DNA of 64,000 nucleotides from Heterodontus francisci (Eukaryota): NCBI RefSeq assembly GCF_036365525.1, contig NC_090410.1:7267873-7331872 (forward strand). Reading direction: 5' to 3'. Under the pieces are notes generated by a model that worked only from the letters and a program-made list of their open reading frames with translations, searched no databases and was not told where the DNA came from. Both the position numbers and the translations under genes were made by a program. Positions 1 through 11,425 of this stretch are shown piece after piece (position 1 is the first letter of the stretch; every line of letters starts with the position of its first letter).

Positions 1-449
1 CTTCATGAGCTATTCACTACTAGAACCTAAAACATCATCAAACGTGTATTTATATAGCGCCTTTAACGTAATAAAATGCCACAAGGTGCTTCACAGGAGT
101 GTTATAAAGCAAAATTAAACACTGAGGCACAGATGGCAATGTTCGGGCAGCTGGCCAATAGCTTAAGTGAAGGGGTAAGTTTTAAGCAGCCTCAGCTGGA
201 CTATTGTGTCCAGTTCTGGGCACCACACTGTAGGAAGGATGCGAAGGCATTGGAGAGAGTGCAGAAAAGGCAGTGGGAGTGGGACTAGGGGAGTTGTTCT
301 TGCAGAGAGCTGGCACAGACACGATGGGTTGAATGGCCTCCTTCTGTATTGCAACCATTCTATGATACTTCTATGATTCAAGGACTAACAATTCCCTAGT
401 CCTGAGAATGAAATAAAAAACAGAAAGAAGTCACTCGGAATAATAATCA

Positions 450-551
450 AATAAAAGCAAAATACTGCGGATGCTGGAAATCTGAAACAAAACAAGAAAT
501 GCTGGATTCACTCAGCAGGTCTGGCAGCATCTGTGGAAAGAGAAGCAGAGT
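450..551 (-). mobile_element. Penelope-like pLTR fragment with TSD TAATAATCA
   Basis: TSD at 441-449 and 552-560; empty site visible in the paralogous copy at about 2750; same family as 896-1033 and 3119-3250. Confidence 0.75.
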
Positions 552-895
552 TAATAATCACCCTGGCTGATTATTTTTGCCCTCTTCAGCAATGGCAACT
601 CCTCGGGTCCAGTCCCAATTCCAATCAGATAACTCACCAGCCACCAGGGATTCCCTCACCCTGTCCTCCTTTGAACATGCTCAAGCAGGCCTAGCATCAG
701 TGCTAGGTTTTCCCTATTTACGCCCAAAAATACTCAGCAAGAAAGTATCTGAAGTGAAATTGGTTTGATCTTTCGTGACCAGTGACTCATCACAGGCCAG
801 GATTCAAACTTGGGACCTTCCCTGAACACGATTAACTCCCTGACTGTGTCACTAGCGACTCTCCTGGTGTGAGTTACCAACTGGAATGTAATCGA

Positions 896-1033
896 GGTTC
901 TGATGAAAGGTCACTGACCTGAAACGTTAACTCTGTCTCTCTCTCTCCACAGATGCTGTGCGACCTGCTGTGTATTTCCAGCACTTTCTGTTTTTATTTC
1001 AGATTTCCGGCATCTGCAGCATTTTACTTTTAT
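896..1033 (+). mobile_element. Penelope-like pLTR fragment with minimal hammerhead ribozyme motif
   Basis: GGTT CTGATGA AAGGTC-ACT-GACCT GAAA CGTT AACT followed by the T-rich pLTR body. Confidence 0.7.
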
Positions 1034-1084
1034 GCAATCAAGATGAGTGGCTGGTTTATGTTTAGAATAAATGAATACCTGACA

Positions 1085-1545
1085 TATACCAGGTGTCATT
1101 CAGTGGTTGGCACTTGCACCTCTGAGTCAGAAATTTCTGAGTTCAAGTCGCACTCCAGACACTTGAGCATGAAAGTTTTAGGCTAACACTTCCAGTGTAG
1201 TACTGAGGGAGTGCCGCACTGTTGGAGGTTCCATCTTTCAGATAAGGCATTAAACAGAGATCCCATCTGCTCTCTCAGGTGGACATAAAAGATTCCATGG
1301 ACACAATTTTAATAGGCAGGGGAGTTCTCCCGGTGTCCTGACCAATACTTATCCCTCGATGAATATCACACAAACAGATTATCCGGTCATTATCACATTG
1401 TTGTTTGTGGGAGCTTGCTGTGCGCAAATTGGTTGCTGCGTTTCTTACATTACAACCGTGAGTACAATTCAAAAGTTCTTCCTCGCTTGTAAAGTGCTTT
1501 GAGATGGCTGGTGGTTGTGAAAGGCGTTATATAATTGCAAGTCTG
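1085..1545 (+). mobile_element. DeuSINE (SacSINE1-like), tRNA head and L2-type tail
   Basis: GTTCAAGTC..CCACTCCAG head, CAGTACTGAGGGAGTG...CTCTCAGGTGGA...TTATCCCTC...GCAAATTGG body, AAAGGCGTTATATAA tail. Confidence 0.75.
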
Positions 1546-3118
1546 AAAAAAGCTGGATCTGATCATTTGTCATCAGTGACATATGAAATCGACATACAGG
1601 AAATGATCAGCTAGACCATTGAGCCTGCCCCTTCCCTTGTGCTGGCAGGTGCCTTGTGACTAAACACTTCCTAACACTGTCCCCTGCTGCAGCCATTGTC
1701 ACCTCCTGGGAGAGAAAAAAGTATTCTGTAAGATTCCTCTCTGACCCTCCTCAGGCAATCGAAAGCAGACCAGAATATCACGAGAGTTATCTGTTAATCC
1801 ACTGACCTTCTACATGATGCGATCTCTGGCCCAGTCAAGAACCGGTCCAGCTCCCTCTTGAAGGCAGAGAGTCAGTGCCCATCACATCAGCTGCAATGTA
1901 TTCCGGAGGCTTTTGTGTCTGAGTTGGAAGGTTGGGATAAGGAAGAATGTGCAGGGTTCCAGGGAGAAGGCGGGGGAGTGGCACTAAGTGAATTGCTCAT
2001 TCGGTAACACAATGGGCACCTTCTGCGCTGTAATGATTCTGTAATTCTGGGTTTAAGCCCCACTCCAGGATTTGAATACAAATTGAGGCCGACACTTTGG
2101 TGCAGTACTGAGGGAGTGCTACACTGCCAGACATGCTGTCTTTAAATGGGATGAGAGATATTTGTTTAGATGACTAGAAGGACCTACTCAAAGTTGAGGG
2201 ATTTGTTGTGGCTTACAATTCCTCTATCAACCCAACACCATAAAAGCAAATGAACTGATATTCCTCTAATTAACTGTTTCTGGTTGTCGATTCAATTCCC
2301 TCACCCTGTCCTCCTTTGAACATGCTCAGGCAGGCCTAGCATCAGTGCTAGGTTTTCCCTATTTACGTCCAGAAACACTCAGCAAGAAATTATCTGAAGT
2401 GAAATTGGTTTGATCTTTCATCACCAGTGACTCAGCACAGGCCAGGATTCAAACTTGGGACCTTCCCTGAACACGAGTAACTCCCTGACTGTGTCACTAG
2501 GGACTCTCCTGGTGTGAGTTACCAACTGGAATGTAATCGAGGTTCTGATTAAAGGGGGAGTGGGACTAGGGGAGTTGTTCTTGCAGAGAGCTGGCACAGA
2601 CACGATGGGTTGAATGGCCTCCTTCTGTACTGCAACCATTCTATGATACTTCTATGATTCGAGGACAGATCGTGATGGACAATAAATGCTGGTCTTACTA
2701 ATGATGCCCTAGTCCTGAGAATGAAATAAAAATAGAAAGAAGTCCCTCGGAATAATAATCACCCTGGATGATTATTTTTGCCCTCTTCAGCAATGGCAAC
2801 TCCTCGGGTCCAGTCCCAATTCCAATCAGATAACTTATCAGAGACTCGGGATTCCCTCACTCTATCTCACTCCCCCTGCCTTCCCACTCCAGAAGTCCCC
2901 TGCCTATTAAAATTGTAGCCATGGAATCTTTTACATTCACCTGAGAGAGCAGATGGGACCTCTGTTTAGTGCTGCATCTGAAAGACAGAACCTCTAACAA
3001 TGCAGCATGAAGAGATTTATGATTTTAACCCCTTATAGGGACTAAACCAAATCAGGAGTACATCCCTATAAACCTCCTTTAATTAAGTTCAAACCAGACA
3101 AACTCTTATAGACACTTA

Positions 3119-3250
3119 AATAAAAGCAAAATACTGCGGATGCTGGAAATCTGAAATAAAAACAAGAAAAGCTGGAACCACTCAGCAGGTCTGGCAGCAT
3201 CTGTGGAAAGAGAAGCAGAGTTAACGTTTCGGGTCAGTTCCGAAGAAGGT
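3119..3250 (-). mobile_element. Penelope-like pLTR fragment (rearranged hammerhead region)
   Basis: Near-identical to 450-551; continues GAGTTAACGTTTCGGGTCAG and then an inverted piece CAGTTCCGAAGAAGG. Confidence 0.65.
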
Positions 3251-3304
3251 ATAATATATTAACTATATCTAAATGCTACCTAATTAAGCCATCACAAGCA
3301 CAAA

Positions 3305-4005
3305 TCTAAACTGACATTCCCAGTGCAGTACTGAAGGAATGCTGCATTGTTTTAGTTTTTAGAGATACAGCACTGAAACAGGCCCTTCGGCCCACCGAGT
3401 CTGTGCTGACCTTCAACCACCCATTTATACTAATCCTACCCTAATCCCATATTCCTACCATATCCCCACCTGTCTCTATGTTTCCCTACCACCTACCTAT
3501 ACTAGGGGCAATTTTTAATGGCCAATTAACCTATCAACCTGCAAGTCTTTGGCATGTGGGAGGAAACCGGAGCACCCGGAGGAAACCCACACAGACACAG
3601 GGAGAACTTGCAAACTCCACACAGGCAGTACCCAGAATTGAACCCAGGTCGCTGGAGCTGTGAGGCTGCGGTGCTAACCACTGCACCACTGTGCCGCTGT
3701 GTTGGAGGTGCAGTCTTTCAGGTGAGATGTTAAACCAAGACCCTATCTTCTCTCTCAGGTGGATGTAAAAGATCCCACTGCACTGTTTGAAGACGAGCAG
3801 AGGGAGTTCTCTCCAGTATCCTGGCCAACATTTATTCCTCAACCGACATCTCTGGTCATTATCACGTTGCTGTCTAGGGGAGCTCGATGTGGGCAATCTG
3901 GCTGTCCTACATTACAACTGTGACCACACTGCAAAAATGGCTACAAAGGGCTTTAGCACATTGTGAGGTTCTGAAAGGCGCTATATAAATGCAAGTCTTG
4001 TTTTA
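3305..4005 (+). mobile_element. DeuSINE interrupted by HE1 SINE
   Basis: Body breaks at ..GCATTGTT (3350) and resumes GTTGGAGGTGCAG (3701). Confidence 0.7.
3351..3697 (-). mobile_element. HE1 / V-SINE
   Basis: tRNA head GCGGCACAGTGGTGCAGTGGTTAGCAC, V-domain GTGGGTTTCCTCCGGGTGCTCCGGTTTCCTCCCAC, CR1-type tail GGGCCGAAGGGCCTGTTTC. Confidence 0.85.
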
Positions 4006-4875
4006 AGTGAGGATGCAGAGTGGCAGAAGTTATAAATGTTCTGGACATGTTTGGCTGCTTAAAGTGAGCCAAGTGTTCCCCCTGTTGGTATAACATTGCA
4101 GCTGCAGCATACAGGCAGAGCTAGTCTAATTTGTCAAAGATCTCAGGATAAATGTCCTGATAACAAGCTCCCATTGGAGAGCGTGGAGAGAGGTTGTGGG
4201 GCTATAACACACTAGCATCAGTGGATTAACCTGTTAGCTCTGTATCCTGTTTATATTAGCTCCTCAGGGCTGAGCATGTGCGCTAATATATGTCACAACT
4301 TCAGAATTCATTGATATTTATGTGATGATTTTTTTTCAGATGCCTTGCATTTATGAATTCATATTATTCACAAGAGCACAATCCTCTTAATTGAGATGCA
4401 ACATTGTAGTTCCCTTCCCATCTGAATTTCACAGGCTCTGGATGCTTGCTGGTGTCTCACTGAAGTGGCCACATGTCAAGTCTGAGTCCTGGTAGTGAGT
4501 ATCAGCAGGCTATTCAACCGTGGAGCATCACTGTGAACCCCAGTTCTGCTTGTATCCAATGTCCACATTTGCTGTGAATTCTGATTTTTCGTTGTCAATC
4601 ATCTCCTGTACACGGGACGGAGGAAGGGCATTTTCCTTCTTACAAGGTTCAGGTGTCAATGAGTGGAAACAGAATCAGATCTTCAGACCTCAGCAACTCT
4701 CAGCCTTTAAAGAGATGATTGGGAGGAGAGGAAAGGGAATCCGGAAATCCCAGCACAATAGCGCCATCAGATGGCAATTAGAAGTATTACAGCAACTGGA
4801 TAAAATGCTCATTTGTGTCTGAACATTTGTTCAAATTCCGTTGTAGATATGGGGAGAGCTTACTTTCCATATCTA

Positions 4876-4876
<1 letters not shown>

Positions 4877-4916
<40 letters not shown>

Positions 4917-4920
4917 TATA
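4877..4920. repeat. (TA)n/(CA)n microsatellite
   Basis: tatatatata...cacacaca. Confidence 0.9.
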
Positions 4921-4939
4921 CAAAGATAGCTGAACTTTG

Positions 4940-5370
4940 CCCCAAAGTCCGAAGTCTGTGGGTTCAAGCTCCACTTCAGGACATAAACCCCTCGGCTGAC
5001 ACTTCAGTGCAGTACTGAGGGGGTGCCGCACTGTCAGAGATGCCATCTTTCAGAAGAGACGTTAAACTGAGGCCCTGTCTGCTCTGGCAGGTGGAAGTTC
5101 AAGATCCCACAACAATATTTTGAAGAAGAGCAAGGGGGGATATTCCCAGTGTCCTGACCAATATTTATCCCTCAACCAACTCCTAAAAACAGACTGTCTG
5201 GTCATTATCACACTGCTGTTTGTGGGTGCTTGCTGTGTGTGAATTGATTGCTCTGTTTCCTACATTACAACAGTGACTTCACTTCAAAAGTACTTCATTG
5301 GTTGTAAACTGCATTGGGATGTTCTGAGGTCATGAAGGATGCAATACGAATGCAAGTCTTTCTTTCTTTA
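4940..5370 (+). mobile_element. DeuSINE
   Basis: Same family motifs as 1085-1545. Confidence 0.75.
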
Positions 5371-5384
5371 CATCATTTTTTGCA

Positions 5385-7910
5385 TTTATTCTTGAGATGT
5401 GAGCATCGCTGGAAAGGCCAGAATTTATTGCCTATCCCTAATTGCCCTTGAGAAGGTGGTGGTGAGCCACCGCCTTGAACGACTGCAGTACATGTGGTGC
5501 AGGTATACCCACAGTGCTGTTAAGAAGGGAGTTCCAGGGTTTTGACCCAACGACAGTGAAGGAACGGCTATATAGTTCCAAGCCAGGATGGCGTTTGCCT
5601 TGTAGGGGAACATGCAGATGGTGGTGTTCCCATGCAGCTGCTGCCCTTGTACTTCTAGGTGGGTAGAGGTTGCAAGTTTGGAAGGTGCTGTTGAAGAAGC
5701 CTTGGTGAGTTGCTGCAGTGCATCTTGTAGATGGTACACACTGCTGCCACTGTGCGCCAGTGGTGGAGGGAGTGAATGTTTAAAGTGGTGGATGGGGTGC
5801 CGCTGAAGTGGGCTGTTTTATCCTGGATGGTATCGAGCTTCCTGAGTGTTGTTGGAGCCGCACTCATCCGAGCAAGTGGAGAGTACTCCATCACACTTCT
5901 GACTTGTGCCTTGTAGATGGTGGACAGGCTTTGAGGAGTCAGGGGATGAGTTACCCGCCTCAGAGTTCCCAGCCTCTGACCTGCTGTTATAATCACAATA
6001 TTTAAATGGCTGGTCCAGTTAAGTTTCTGGCCATTGGTAACCCCCAGGATGTTGATAGTGGGGGATTCAGCGATGGTAATGCCGTTGAATGTCGAGGGGA
6101 GATGGTTAGATTTTCTCTTGTTGGAGATGGTCATTTACTGGCATTTATATGGTGTGAATGTTACTGGCCACTTATCAGCCCAAGCCTGAACATTGTCCAG
6201 GTCTTGCTGCATTTGAACACGGACTGCTTCAGTATCTTAGGTGTTGTGAATGGTACTGAGCACAGCACAATCATCAGCAAACATCCCCACTTCTTGTTAA
6301 ATTCCAGAAAGTTTGTTATGGAAAGTTAAGGCTGGAGCTTGTATTTACTCAGTTTCACATTTACCGTGCAGAATAAAAGGATTACAAACATGTAGCTCCT
6401 CACTCAAAACCTTCCCCAGTCCCAGTGAATGTCTACTTATAAATGCTCAACTAAAACCCCAATTAACACCGTTCACTTGCATATAATCAAACCATTGACA
6501 CACAATTAACACTTCTGACCTTATGATGGAAGGAAGGTCATTGATGAAGCAACAGAAGATAGTTGGGCCTAGGACATTATCCCGAGGAACTTCTGCTGTG
6601 ATATTCTGGAGCTGAGATAATTGGCCTCCAACAACCATAATCATTTTCCTTTGTGCTTGGTATGACTCTAGCCAGTGGAGAGTTTTCCCCCGATTCCCAT
6701 TGACTTCAATTTTGCAAGGGCTCCTTGATATCAAGGGCAGTCACTCTCACCTCACATCTAGAATTCAGCTCTTTTGTCCGTTTTTTTCTGAGTCTATCCC
6801 ATTTAGCATGGTGCTAGTGCCACAGAGCACCATGGAGGGAGTCCTCAGTGTGAAGAAAGAACTTTGTCTCCACAAGGACTGTGTGGTGGTCACTCCTAAC
6901 AATATTGTCATGGATAGATTGATCTACAACAGGTGGATTGGTGAGGACAAGGTCAAGTAGTTTTTTCCCTCTTGTTGGTTCTCTCACCATTTGCTGCAGG
7001 CCCAGTCTGGCAGCTATGCCCTTTAGGACTTGGCCAGTTTAGTCAGTAGTGATGCTACCAAGCCAGTCTTTGTAATGGACATTGAAGTCCCCCACCCAGA
7101 CTACATTCTGTGCCCTTGCTACCTTCAGTGCTTCTTCCAAGTGGTGTTCAACATGGAGAAGTACTGATTCAGCAGCTGAGGGAGGATGGTAGGTGGTAAT
7201 CATCGGACGGTTTCCTTGCCTGTGTCTGGCTTGATGCCCTAAGACTTCATGGGGTCTGGAGTCAATGTTGAGGACTCCCAGGGCCATTTCCTCCCAACTG
7301 TATACCTCAGCTGTTGGGACAGACCATATCCAGGAATGGTGACAGAGGAGTCTGGGACATTGGCTATAAGGTATGAATTGGTGAGTATGACTATGTCAGG
7401 CTGTTGCTTGACTAGTCGATAGGGCAGATCTCCCAGTTTTGGCACAAGTTCCCAGATGTTAGTGAAGAGAACTTTGCAGGGTCAACAGGGCAGGGCGTGC
7501 CTTTGTCATTTCTGGTGCCTCGGTCAATGCCGAGTGGTCTGTCTGGTGTTATTCTTATTTGATTTTTCCTGTAGTGGTTTGATACAACTGAGTGGCTTGC
7601 TACGCCATTTCAGAGGGCAGTTAAGAGTCAACCACATTGCTGTGGGTCTGCAGTCACATGTAGACCAGACTGGGTAAGGATGGCAAATTTTCTCCCTTGA
7701 AGGGCATGCGTGAACCAGATGGGTTTTTACGACACTCCAAATGTTTCATGATCATTATTAATGAGACTAGCATTTTATTCCAGATTTATTAATTAATTGA
7801 ATTTAAATCCCCCCACCCCCAGAAACCGTGGTGGGATTTGAACTTATGTCTCCAGACCATTAGGCCAGGCCTCTGGAATACTAGTCCAGTACCACTACGC
7901 TACTGTTCCC
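5385..7910 (-). mobile_element. Degenerate, internally deleted CR1/L2-group LINE (APE endonuclease and RT) with a tRNA-derived 5' head
   Basis: EN: PDIVILTNSYL, VVWVGDFNVH. RT: VP..VLGPTIF..FINDLPS, TIYKAQVRSVMEYSPL. 3' tail CTTCTCAAGGGCAATTAGGGATAGGCAATAAA. The 5' 350 bp match the SINEs at 14100 and 29205. Confidence 0.8.
6295..6511 (-). mobile_element. Solo LTR (217 bp) inserted in LINE RT
   Basis: Termini TGTTAA...TTAACA; 5-bp TSD CTTCT (6290-6294, 6512-6516); host LINE resumes seamlessly. Confidence 0.7.
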
Positions 7911-8194
7911 ATTCAAAGCAGTTTCCGTTTTTATTTCAGATTTCCAGTATCGGCAGTATTTTGCTTTTGAATCTGTACTACACAGACTGCCTGCTGAGGA
8001 GCAGAGATTAATCTGTTTGCCTCTGCTTAATTAGTTTTGTAGGCCCACTCCTCTCCCCCTCTTTCTTATTAATTAGATTAAATGCAGAAAGGCTACTCTC
8101 TCATCTCTGAATCCCGAATAATTGCGAATGTGTCTTAAGTCAAAGATATTACTGTCATCAAAGTACTACCTCAGAGCAGTGTAGCTATTAGCCC

Positions 8195-8965
8195 TGTGAC
8201 TCAAAAGGTTGTGGGTTCCAGTCCCACTCCAGAGATTTGTGAACAAAATCTAAGTTGCCACACCCAGTTGCTGTGCTGAGGGAGTGCTGCACTGTTGGGG
8301 GTGCTATCTTTTCGATGAGACATTAAACCGAAGCCCCCTTTTCCCTCTCAGGTGGATGTAAAAGTTCCTATTTTGGGTGGCACACTGGCACAGTGGTTAG
8401 CACCGCAGCCTCACAGCTCCAGCGACCCGGGTTCAATTCTGGGTACTGCCTGTGTGGAGTTTGCAAGTTCTCCCTGTGTCTGCGTGGGTTTCCTCCGGGT
8501 GCTCCGGTTTCCTCCCACATGCCAAAGACTTGCAGGTTGATAGGTAAATTGGCCATTATAAATTGCCCCTAGTATAGGTAGGTGGTAGGGAAATATAGGG
8601 ACAGGTGGGGATGTGGTAAGAATATGGAATTAGTGTAGGATTAGTATGGATGGGTGGTTGATGGTCGGCACAGACTCGGTGGGTCAAAGGGCCTGTTTCA
8701 GTGCTGTATCACTGAACTAAACTAAAACTAAGAGCAGGGGAGTTGTCCCCCATGACCTGCCAATATTTATCCCTCAACCAACATCACTGAAATCAAATGA
8801 TCTTCCCATTAACACATTACTGTTTGTGGGATCTTGCTGTGCACAAATTGGCTGCTGTGTTTCCTGCATTACAGCAGTGACTATGCTTCAAAAGGTAATT
8901 CATTGCCTTTAAAGCACTTTGGGATGTCCGGAGGTCATGAAAGGTGCTATATAAATGCAAATCTA
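8195..8965 (+). mobile_element. DeuSINE interrupted by HE1 SINE
   Basis: Body breaks at CTATTTT (about 8374) and resumes AGAGCAGGGG (8731). Confidence 0.7.
8375..8730 (+). mobile_element. HE1 / V-SINE
   Basis: GGGTGGCACACTGGCACAGTGGTTAGCAC head, V-domain, CR1 tail ending (AACTA)n. Confidence 0.85.
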
Positions 8966-9534
8966 TCTCTGTATACAGAAGGCAACATAACTTTATAAGT
9001 CAAAGGGAGAGAAGCCATCACGGTTAATTAAGATTAGAAAATCAAGCCTTTGGGCTTTGTCATAGTGGAGAGTACACCAATCCTTTTGCACAGTGTAGTT
9101 TTATTCAGTGAACTAGCTGACGAGATCTTCTTGTGAAAGAACACAGTGCAAAATGAGGAGGTTTAAACGATTGGTGTGATAAAGCTTCCCTGGGTTCTAT
9201 GACGTTGGGGATTGGAATCCATTTGGGAAAAGATTTAAAAAGGCACAGGACTAAAATGCCCTCTCGTGTTGCTCAGCTAATGGAGTGACTCTGAACCCGA
9301 TTAAAAGAAGGCAACTTTGATCATAATCTCTCAACTGTGTGAAGCCTGGTGGCTTGCATAGTGTATGAGAGGTCATAGCTGAACAGAAGACAGAGCTTAA
9401 TGGTTGCTTCAGAAATAGGAGAAGACATTCTCTCACTTCCTTCTCCCTTAAATTGTGGAACAGACGCTGGGAAACGGAGCTCAGGCGATAAGGAAAAGGG
9501 GAGAGTCTGAGAGCATTTTATTGTTGTTTCTTGA

Positions 9535-9633
<99 letters not shown>

Positions 9634-11004
9634 TAAGACCCTGCTGGGGGTGGATAAATATTCACCTTTTAGGTAAAAACTGCATCGAGCCTGTTGGGAA
9701 AACCCTAGCTGCAATCTTGCAACATATATAAGACGATGAATATTCTTAAATTAACCCTTCGATTATTGTGCACCTATTTCTAATGTTGAAATGTGAGGTT
9801 TTTTTTGATTATATGAAGAATTTAATAAATTGCACAAATGTGTGTGTGTTTGTGTGTGTCTTTATTGAAGAGATTAGATGTTTGACCCAGACCTTTCTCA
9901 TAGATCTGCAACTACAAATAGTATTTTAGGGACTTAATAACCTTCACCCAAATAGTAAATCAAATTGGATTCCATTTAATTCACTAAATTGCTATTTACA
10001 GATCAGCACGGTGGCTAAAAGCTAAGTGTTACCCTCTGCCATTGTTTACAAGCAGACGATGCTTCCTTTAAAATAGTGAGGATGAATGATAAAGGACGAT
10101 AGAACATGGGGTTGGGTATTGGGACAGAGGGAGAGTGGCTATGCCCTAATACTGTCGTTTCTGGTCTTGTATGATATAGTTAGGCCAAAAACAAAATCAG
10201 TGAGGTTTGGCTGGAAAATAAGTGACCCTTCAAGTTAAAACATCTAATTTTCTGAAGGAGTGTTTCATGAGAATATCGGATCTCTTTGCAGCATTTAAAA
10301 AGTATTAAAATAGTCAGAGGGAAGGACGTCCAGACTAACTGGTGGAATCAGGAATTTTACAGCACTGTGGGTGGCTATTCAGCCCAACAGGATTGTGCTC
10401 ACCCCCTGAAAGAAACCTCCCCCACCTGCCTTAGTGCCATTTCTCTGTCCTTTCTCCTTCGGCCAATGGTTTGTGTGCTGGCTCCCTGGAAGAGCACTTG
10501 TCTTAGTCCAATTTGCCCTGCCACAATCCTCTTATCTCTTTTTGAATGTTTCCTTTTCAAATATTTATCCATTTCCTTTTAAAAGCTATAGTGGTTTTGC
10601 TTCTGATATTCCACAGCCTAACAGCCTTCCTAAGTTTGAAAAAAATTAATTCTGCAAAGCTCATTCTTTTGCTTTTCAATCTTAAATTGATGTCCCTCTA
10701 GCTACTAACTCACTCGCTAATGGAAATAATCCTTCCCAATTTAACTTAAAATCCAGCATAATTTTGAATATCTCTATCAAATCTCCTAACCTTCGAATTA
10801 GAAAGAAACCCCATTTCTCTAATGTTCACAGAATTAAAGCCTCTCATCCCTGGTATGAGTTGAATGAATCTCTTCTGCACCTACTCCATGGCCTTGACAT
10901 CTTTCAGCATGTGTGTTCACCTGCTAATATTATCAATGATCATTTCTACCCTAATATGTTGTTACCAAACACTTAAAGTGCCCACCATACTAAATTAAAT
11001 GAAA

Positions 11005-11425
11005 TAGCCTGCATTTATAAAGTGCTTTTCACAACCTCAAGACATCCCAAAGCACTTTCGTTGTATTGTTGTAATGTAGGAAAATCAGCAGCTAATTTGT
11101 GCACAGCAAGATCCCACAAACGGCAATGTGATAATGACCAGAACGTGGTTTAATGATGTTCGTTGAGGGATAAATTTTGACCAGGACACCGAGGAGAGCT
11201 CTCTTTCTCTTCTTCGAGACACTGCCATGGGATCTTTTATGTTCACTTGGGAAGGAAGATAGAGCCTCGGTTTAATGCCTCACTCAAAAGATGGCATCTC
11301 TGACAGTGCGGCTCTCCCTCAGTACAGCACAGGGAGTGCCAGCCTAGATTGTTGTGCTCAAGTCTCTGTAGTTAAACCTACAACCTCTGACTCAAGTGAG
11401 ACCCGCTGAGCCACAGCTAACACCC
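11005..11425 (-). mobile_element. DeuSINE in connexin intron
   Basis: Reverse-complement family motifs. Confidence 0.7.

Noticed and set aside
10000-10020. REST/NRSE-like TCAGCAC in the connexin intron
   Set aside because: The right half-site (GGACAG) is absent
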